Of a stretch of 64,000 bases of DNA, positions 58,004-64,000 are shown piece by piece. The stretch covers positions 160,001-224,000 of the forward strand of contig CAWBCT010000005.1 of assembly GCA_963787445.1 (NCBI GenBank). The letters run 5' to 3'. The notes below the pieces were generated by a model. That model was not told the origin of the DNA. It saw only the letters and a program-made list of their open reading frames with translations, and ran no database searches. How positions within the stretch are numbered: position 1 is the first letter of the stretch; each line of letters starts with the position of its first letter. The position numbers and the translations under genes are program-made. The DNA is from an uncultured archaeon (GTDB lineage: Archaea; Micrarchaeota; Micrarchaeia; Micrarchaeales; CABMGC01).

Positions 58004-58375
58004 ATGGAGAGGCAGATAATCATAGACACCAGCTCGATACTCTTCGCGCTGTCCAACCGGAAGGATCTCTTTGCCATAGTCCAGGAGTCCCTGCCGAGCT
58101 ACACGATAGTCATCTCGGAGGGCGTGCTCGGCGAGCTGAAGAAGCTGGCGAAGAGCAAGAAGGGCTCGGCTGGAGGAGCCAGGCTGGCCCTTTCCATAAT
58201 AGAGTCCCTGGAGATACAGGTGGTGAAGGACAGCAGCTATGTGGACAGCTGGGTGGTTTCCGAATGGGAGAAGCGCAACTGCGCGGTATGCACCAACGAC
58301 TCCGAGCTCAAGAAGAGGCTCACCGGAAAGGGTGCCATGGTGGTCACGGTCACGAAGGACGGAAAGCTGCGTTAG
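58004..58375 (+). CDS. PIN domain protein (Fcf1/Utp24-like)
   Basis: IIDTS, VD and CTND-x-ELK motifs; located upstream of rpoE1. Confidence 0.85.
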   Translation: MERQIIIDTSSILFALSNRKDLFAIVQESLPSYTIVISEGVLGELKKLAKSKKGSAGGARLALSIIESLEIQVVKDSSYVDSWVVSEWEKRNCAVCTNDSELKKRLTGKGAMVVTVTKDGKLR

Positions 58376-58447
58376 CGGCAGGACAACGATAGTATTAAAT
58401 TAGTTAAAGATGTAGTTTGTATGACTAATTAGCCCCTAGGTGAGCTT

Positions 58448-59050
58448 TTGTACTATGTGCACACTATAAAGGATACCATCAGCATCCCACCCACACATTT
58501 CGGGGAGGACATAAACAAGGCGGCGAAGGAGATCCTCCGGGCCAGGTACGAGCGTACGCTGGACAAGCAGATGGGCATAATCCTGGCGCTTTTTGACGTC
58601 AGAGACGTCAGCGACGGCGCAATACTTCCAGGAGACCCGGCAACGCACCACACGGTCACCTTCGACCTTCTCACATTCAACCTCGACGTCGGCGAGATAG
58701 TGGTCGGCGAGGTTTCAGAACTTGTGGACTTCGGCTGCTTCGTAAGGCTGGGCCCCATAGACGGCCTCGTCCACATGTCGCAGATAACCAACGATTTCAT
58801 AAACTATGACCGCAAGGCGGGCAGCTTCGTGCTCAAGAACAGCGGGAGGAGCCTCAAGAAGGGCGACTCCGTTTACGCGAAGGTCTCAACGGTCAGCCTG
58901 AAGAACAACATAAAGGACACGAAGATTGCACTTACGATGCGTCCGGACGGGATGGGCAAGACAGAGTGGCTGAAGGAGCCCTCCTCGAAGGAAAAGAGGG
59001 AGGCAGCGGCGAACAAGGGCGGCCGAAGAGGACCGCCGCGCAGGAAGTGA
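58448..59050 (+). CDS. rpoE1: RNA polymerase subunit Rpo7 (E')
   Basis: S1 domain FGCFVRLGPIDGLVHMSQI; IALTMR motif. Confidence 0.95.
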   Translation: MYYVHTIKDTISIPPTHFGEDINKAAKEILRARYERTLDKQMGIILALFDVRDVSDGAILPGDPATHHTVTFDLLTFNLDVGEIVVGEVSELVDFGCFVRLGPIDGLVHMSQITNDFINYDRKAGSFVLKNSGRSLKKGDSVYAKVSTVSLKNNIKDTKIALTMRPDGMGKTEWLKEPSSKEKREAAANKGGRRGPPRRK

Positions 59051-59054
59051 GTGA

Positions 59055-59243
59055 ATGGAGAAGGCGTGCAGGAACTGTAAGCTGATTATAGCCCAGGGCG
59101 AGACCTGCCCGATCTGCAACCAGTCCAACCTCACGAGCAAGTGGAGCGGCTACATCGTGGTCCTCAATGTTGAGAAATCAGAGTTAGCGAAGAGGCTTGG
59201 AATAACGGTCAACGGGACCTACGCGCTAAACATAAACGGCTAG
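59055..59243 (+). CDS. spt4: Transcription elongation factor Spt4 (RpoE'')
   Basis: KACRNC...CPIC...WSG...SELAKRLGI. Confidence 0.95.
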   Translation: MEKACRNCKLIIAQGETCPICNQSNLTSKWSGYIVVLNVEKSELAKRLGITVNGTYALNING

Positions 59244-59259
59244 CCGAAGAAGCAGCGAT

Positions 59260-59955
59260 CTACTTTATCTCTTCCTGGGGCTGTTCCCTTGTGTAAGTTT
59301 CCTCAACAGACACGCTGGCGATCTCAGGCAGGTACCTGAAGGTCATCTCTATCGCGCTGGACTTGTCAAGGAAGAAGCGTGCATCCTTCTGGATCTTAGA
59401 ACCAAGGTGGATTACCGCGGTCTTTTCCTTAAGCTCGACCTTGTCGGGCTTGACATTGTTGAAGACAAAAACAGATCTTACTTTGTCAGCAGCCTGGTCT
59501 ATCTTCTCGGTCACCTTCACTTCGCATTTGAGGGTCTCTCCTGCAAAAGGGTGGTTTGCGTCGACCATAACTCTTCCCGAGTTCACGCTCTTGACCGTGG
59601 CTATCGCGCCGTCTATGTCGACCTGCATTCCGGGCACGGGCTCCATGTCGCGCTTCCTGAAATCAGATATCGGCATCACGTGCACGAGCTCCGGGAACCG
59701 CTCCCCGAACGCGTCAGCGGGCTTGAACTCTGCGGACTTCGTCTGACCTACGTCCATCCCGCGAACGAGGTCGTGAATGCCCTTTATCGTTCCGTCCTTG
59801 CCGATTACGACCAGCTGGGGCTCGTAGCGGGCATTCTCGTTGAAGATCCCCTTCTCCTCCGCAAGCTTCCTGCTGGTGGTGCGGACGAGCGACCCGTCTG
59901 AAGCGCGCCAAATGCTGTACTCTATCTTTACAAACTCTCCATCCTTGAGGGCCAT
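59260..59955 (-). CDS. slyD: FKBP-type (SlyD-like, long archaeal form) PPIase
   Basis: AFGER, PGMQV and VDANHPFAG motifs. Confidence 0.9.
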   Translation of the reverse strand: MALKDGEFVKIEYSIWRASDGSLVRTTSRKLAEEKGIFNENARYEPQLVVIGKDGTIKGIHDLVRGMDVGQTKSAEFKPADAFGERFPELVHVMPISDFRKRDMEPVPGMQVDIDGAIATVKSVNSGRVMVDANHPFAGETLKCEVKVTEKIDQAADKVRSVFVFNNVKPDKVELKEKTAVIHLGSKIQKDARFFLDKSSAIEMTFRYLPEIASVSVEETYTREQPQEEIK

Positions 59956-60055
59956 ATGATCACATGAATTAGCGTTAGCTTTTAGTTGGGAAAGACCTAA
60001 TAAATTAGTGCTTTGTATAAGTATGTTTCTACATTATTAAAAAGCTTGTGATTAT

Positions 60056-60682
60056 ATGCAGAAGAAGTCGATGGCGGAGATCATCCTCGCCGTGCTTGTC
60101 GGATTGCTGTTCATCTCCTCCTACAGCGCCATAGGCTCGCTTAGCGGAGGTAACGGCAACTCCAAGGGCAGCACGGCCACCACGACCATACCGCAGACGG
60201 TCTACTCCTACGGGTTTGCCAATGCGATGATACTGAACTATACTCCAAGCCTCGTTGTCAACGTCTCGTGCGGAAAGAATACGAGCAGCGTCCTGACCTA
60301 CATTGACAATATAGTGTCAGGGCTGCAGAACAACAACTCGGTTGCGAACTCCTACGAGGTAGGGAGCAAGATACTGGTGCTGTCCGGCAATATGAACTCC
60401 AGGGCCTTCTACAGGTACGTGAACTCCGCACTAAATGCGAGCTCGGCAGCGTGCACGGGCTTCCAGGGCACAGTCCAGGTCTCGCTGCCTGCGGCGATCA
60501 ACTTCACGGTGTCGGGGCAGCAGACGACGCGGAAGTTTCTGGAGCCGCTGAACGCCACCCAGCGCATAGTCTCAATGCCGCTGGGTCTTGGCTACAACGG
60601 CAACACCGTCTACGTGAAGGTGCTGGGGCTGCTCAGGACTGACGGCAGCATCTACCAGCTCAATGTGAGCGTGGTCGCATGA
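60056..60682 (+). CDS. Secreted or membrane-anchored hypothetical protein
   Basis: N-terminal hydrophobic segment; sequons; two cysteines. Confidence 0.7.
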   Translation: MQKKSMAEIILAVLVGLLFISSYSAIGSLSGGNGNSKGSTATTTIPQTVYSYGFANAMILNYTPSLVVNVSCGKNTSSVLTYIDNIVSGLQNNNSVANSYEVGSKILVLSGNMNSRAFYRYVNSALNASSAACTGFQGTVQVSLPAAINFTVSGQQTTRKFLEPLNATQRIVSMPLGLGYNGNTVYVKVLGLLRTDGSIYQLNVSVVA

Positions 60683-62403
60683 CTTTTGATGGCGCGGTTG
60701 AAGCCGAGGTTCTTAAGCTGGCCACGAAGAACGCGCTGGAGTACGGGAAGGCCGACACCGGCACGGTGATCGGCAAGGTGCTGGCGCGCTTTCCGGAGAT
60801 GAAGGGGCAGCTAAAGGAGCTCTCGACCTATGTCGCAAAAACTGTTGCCGAAGTAAACTTGATGGGCAAAGAGGCGCTGGAGAAGGTCGCGGAGCAGTAC
60901 GCTGATGAGTTTAGGAAGGAGGCTGCGGCGAAGGCGGAGAAGAGCGCAAAGCACAGCTTCTTCCTCGAGGGTGCTATGGAAAGAGACTTCGTGACCCGTT
61001 TCCCGCCCGAACCCAACGGCTACATGCAGATAGGGCATGCGAAGGCGGTATTCACCAACAGGGAGTTCGCCGATTTCTACAAGGGCAAGCTTGCGCTTTA
61101 CTTCGATGACACAAACCCGGAGAAGGAGAAGCAGGAGTTCGTCGACGCCTTCAAGCAGGACCTCAAGTGGCTCGGGATAAAGTTCGAGATGGAGTACTAC
61201 GCCAGCGATTGCATAGAGCAGACCTATGGGTATGCGGAGACCCTGATAAACAATGGACAGGCATATGTGTGCTCCTGCCAGCCTGAGAAGGTGAAGGAGG
61301 GCAGATTCAAAGGGATTGGGTGCGCGCACAAAACCCAGAGCGCAAGGGAGAACATGCGGCTTTGGAAGGCGATGCTCGCCAGCGGGGAGCAGCAGGAGAG
61401 CATGATACTGCGGCTGAACGGGGAGATGAAGAGCCAGAACACCGTTATGCGCGACCCTACGCTGTTCAGGACAAAGATACACCAGCACTACCGGCAGGGC
61501 TCGAAGTATAGGGTGTGGCCAACCTACGATTTCAACACCCCGATAATGGACTCGATCCACGGCATGACGGACATCATGAGGGACAAGAAGCTGGAGATAC
61601 GCATCGCGCTTTACGACCACCTACTGGACCTGCTGGGATTGAAGAAGCCTCGCGTGCACAGCTTTGCAAGGCTTGAGATAAAGGACAACGTGACCTCAAA
61701 GCGGCTGATCAACGAGCTCGTCAAGCAGCATGGGCTCTGGGGCTATGATGATCCGCGCCTGGTGACCATAGCCGGACTTAGGAGGAGAGGGATACAGCCC
61801 GCTGCGATAAGGAGCTTCGTGCTGCGCTTCGGGATGAGCAAGACGGAGAGCCAGGTGAGTCTGGACATGCTCCTTACGGAAAACCGGAAGATCGTGGACC
61901 CGAACGCGAAGAGGCTGTTTTACGTCGACAAGCCGGTGAGGATGGTGGTGAGCGGGATCCCAGAAAACGCGATGGAGGTGAAGATGAGGCTCCATCCTGG
62001 TGGCGAGATGGGCTATCGCAGATACAGACTGAGCAACGTATTCTTTATAAATGCATCGGACGCAAATAAGTTATCCGATGGCGACCAACTTCGGCTGAAA
62101 GATGCATTCAACGTAAAAATAAAAACCCATGATGAGAATGAAATCGTTGCCGAGTACTCAACCGAAACAGAAGCGCAGCAGCGCGTGCACTGGGTGAATG
62201 AGGGAAACTACGTGAGATGCAAAATATACAACATAGGACCTCTCATGGATGGCGAGAACTTCAACCAGAATAGCATGGAGATCAGAGAGGGATATGTTGA
62301 GAGCTATGCGGAGAGCATGGCGGAGGGCGAGATAGCCCAGTTTGAGCGGGTCGGGCTGTACAAGCTCGACAGCAAGGCGGAATTTGGTTTTATATCGTTG
62401 TAA
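60679..62403 (+). CDS. gltX: Glutamate--tRNA ligase
   Basis: RFPPEPNGYMQIGH, FDDTNP, MRDP, WPTYDF and DDPRLVT motifs. Confidence 0.95.
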   Translation: MTFDGAVEAEVLKLATKNALEYGKADTGTVIGKVLARFPEMKGQLKELSTYVAKTVAEVNLMGKEALEKVAEQYADEFRKEAAAKAEKSAKHSFFLEGAMERDFVTRFPPEPNGYMQIGHAKAVFTNREFADFYKGKLALYFDDTNPEKEKQEFVDAFKQDLKWLGIKFEMEYYASDCIEQTYGYAETLINNGQAYVCSCQPEKVKEGRFKGIGCAHKTQSARENMRLWKAMLASGEQQESMILRLNGEMKSQNTVMRDPTLFRTKIHQHYRQGSKYRVWPTYDFNTPIMDSIHGMTDIMRDKKLEIRIALYDHLLDLLGLKKPRVHSFARLEIKDNVTSKRLINELVKQHGLWGYDDPRLVTIAGLRRRGIQPAAIRSFVLRFGMSKTESQVSLDMLLTENRKIVDPNAKRLFYVDKPVRMVVSGIPENAMEVKMRLHPGGEMGYRRYRLSNVFFINASDANKLSDGDQLRLKDAFNVKIKTHDENEIVAEYSTETEAQQRVHWVNEGNYVRCKIYNIGPLMDGENFNQNSMEIREGYVESYAESMAEGEIAQFERVGLYKLDSKAEFGFISL

Positions 62404-62413
62404 AGGCGAGAAA

Positions 62414-63049
62414 CTGACCACTACACTCAATTATAATGAAAAGGCTCCGCACGTTACGGACCAGAGCTACGAAAAAACTGCCATGAGGCGGATCATAAAG
62501 GAGAGCTGGAGGAAGACCCTGCCGGAGATCCAGCGGAACAACGGGACCGAGGAGGTTCTTGACAGCCACGCCTCCAGGATGGGGCAGATGCTGAACAACT
62601 ACGACTACGAAGCCATCTGCATGCAGAACGTGATAGCGAACACCAAGCACATGAACATGGGCGAGCTCAAGGCCTACCTCTCCACCATAGAGAGGCTGGC
62701 GGCAGGATACCAGCAGCGGGTGGGGGACGAGCTCGCGAACGTTATAATAATAGGGATAACCACAAAGGCGAAGGACCTCCAGATCGCGCAGCGCTACTAC
62801 CAGACGCTGGTTTCAGGAGTGGAGAGGGTCCTTTCCAGGTCGGTGGCGGCTTCGGAGCAGGAGGCGAAGAGCCTGCGCACCTTCAGCGCCATCCTCTACA
62901 GCAAGGAGACGAGCATCTTCAGGTTCTTCAAGAAGGGCGAGATAGGCCTGCTGCGCAGCGTCGTGGCGACCAAGAGGAGGCGCATAACCAAGCTCTCCAG
63001 GAGGATAGAGCGGTACGCACGGGTCTCCCACAGGGCGAAGAGGGGCTAA
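62414..63049 (+). CDS. Helical hypothetical protein (start uncertain)
   Basis: Core-like codon usage; the called start overlaps gltX, and an in-frame CTG lies at 62414. Confidence 0.65.
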   Translation: MTTTLNYNEKAPHVTDQSYEKTAMRRIIKESWRKTLPEIQRNNGTEEVLDSHASRMGQMLNNYDYEAICMQNVIANTKHMNMGELKAYLSTIERLAAGYQQRVGDELANVIIIGITTKAKDLQIAQRYYQTLVSGVERVLSRSVAASEQEAKSLRTFSAILYSKETSIFRFFKKGEIGLLRSVVATKRRRITKLSRRIERYARVSHRAKRG

Positions 63050-63095
63050 TCCTACAACGGCACTTTTATATTTCATATCAGCGTAAGCATAGTGA

Positions 63096-63170
63096 GGGTC
63101 CGTAACTCAGTTTGGCTAGAGTGGAAGGCTTTTAACCTTTAAGTCGTGGGTTCAAATCCCACCGGGCCCG
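63096..63170 (+). tRNA. tRNA-Lys(TTT)
   Basis: GGGTCCG/CGGGCCC acceptor; GAAGG-CTTTTAA-CCTTT anticodon arm. Confidence 0.94.
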
Positions 63171-63188
63171 TGACGCTGAATGATTCGC

Positions 63189-64000
63189 ATGGAGAAGAAG
63201 ACCAAGAAGGAGATGGCCGACAAGAGCTGGGTAGACATCCTGGTTGAAAGAATAGCGGAGCAGAAGAAGCCGCCCTACGTCATAACAGGAGGCATGACCA
63301 CGAGCGGACCCGCACACATGGGAACCGTGTGCGAGTTTCTTTATCCCGCGACCATAACACAGGTCATGAAGAACGACGGGCTTCAGGTCGAGTTTCACTT
63401 CGTGGGGGACATATTTGACGCATTTGACGGCCTTATCCCGGAGCTGTTGCCCTACAAAGAGGCCATGGAGAAGGAGCTGGGCAGGCCCCTATCGGTAGTT
63501 ACAGACCCTTTTGGGTGCCACCCCTCCCTGGGCGAGCACTACCTCACGCAGGCAGAGGCCATAATGAAGGAGATGGGCTTCAGGATAGACGTGGTGCGCG
63601 CAAACCAGCTGTATGAGCAGGGCAGGTTCGATGAGTACGCGGTTTTCTTCCTGAACAATGAGCAGCAGGCAAAGGAGATCATAGCCCGAACCTCGATGAG
63701 GAAGATAGAGGAGATGAAGGACTGGAGCCCCATAATGCCCGTATGCGGCAACTGTGGCAGGATAGCGACAACAGTGGTCGTCTGGCATGATGACAAGAGC
63801 TACAAATACAGCTGCAGCAGGGATGTCAAGTACACAACGGGCTGCGGCTTCTCCGGCTCCAACAGGCTAAGCGAGCATAAATGGAAGCTCCAGTGGAGGC
63901 TTCATTGGCCCTCGTGGCAGAAGCTGTTCAATACGAGCGCGGAAGGAAGCGGTGTTGACCACATGACTGTCGGAGGTAGCGCTACAACGGCGGAGGCCAT
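63189..64000 (+). CDS. lysS: Class I lysine--tRNA ligase, 5' part (runs off the window)
   Basis: Manual translation: SWVD...TGGMTTSGPAHMG, DPFGCH, CGNCG and KLQWRLHWP. Confidence 0.92.
   Translation, partial: MEKKTKKEMADKSWVDILVERIAEQKKPPYVITGGMTTSGPAHMGTVCEFLYPATITQVMKNDGLQVEFHFVGDIFDAFDGLIPELLPYKEAMEKELGRPLSVVTDPFGCHPSLGEHYLTQAEAIMKEMGFRIDVVRANQLYEQGRFDEYAVFFLNNEQQAKEIIARTSMRKIEEMKDWSPIMPVCGNCGRIATTVVVWHDDKSYKYSCSRDVKYTTGCGFSGSNRLSEHKWKLQWRLHWPSWQKLFNTSAEGSGVDHMTVGGSATTAEA

Noticed and set aside
63096-64000. tRNA-Lys directly upstream of lysS as a regulatory device
   Set aside because: Simple co-location; no attenuator-like structure was seen in the 18-nt gap

Overview
An archaeal chromosomal segment, most consistent with a DPANN (Micrarchaeota-like) genome; this taxonomy is inferred from gene content. 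The core genes are rpl15e-pcc1-rpl3/4/23/2, priS, pth2, prefoldin beta, rnhB, aIF5B, ychF, AsnRS, GluRS, class I LysRS, rpo7/spt4, the HMG-CoA synthase/thiolase/DUF35 trio and NreA. Seven tRNAs are present, one with a BHB intron. No rRNA, CRISPR array, integrase or transposase was recognised. The main candidate novel system is a compositionally distinct operon on the minus strand (48662-55887). It encodes a VirB2/CedA1-like pilin, a VirB6/CedA-like polytopic membrane protein, a membrane coiled-coil protein, two HerA/VirB4-family ATPases, a wHTH protein and small membrane proteins, but no relaxase or integrase. It looks like a domesticated Ced/Ted-like DNA or macromolecule transfer apparatus. 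Other points: a 1240-aa surface protein with near-identical 324-bp repeats, bracketed by a duplicated 3' end of the neighbouring gene; an HTH-TM-DUF4382-like transmembrane regulator with helically phased upstream repeats; apparent non-AUG (CTG/ATA) starts; a structured rpl15e leader; and an uncalled tandem C2H2 zinc-finger microprotein. All calls come from motif recognition by eye, with no database searches.
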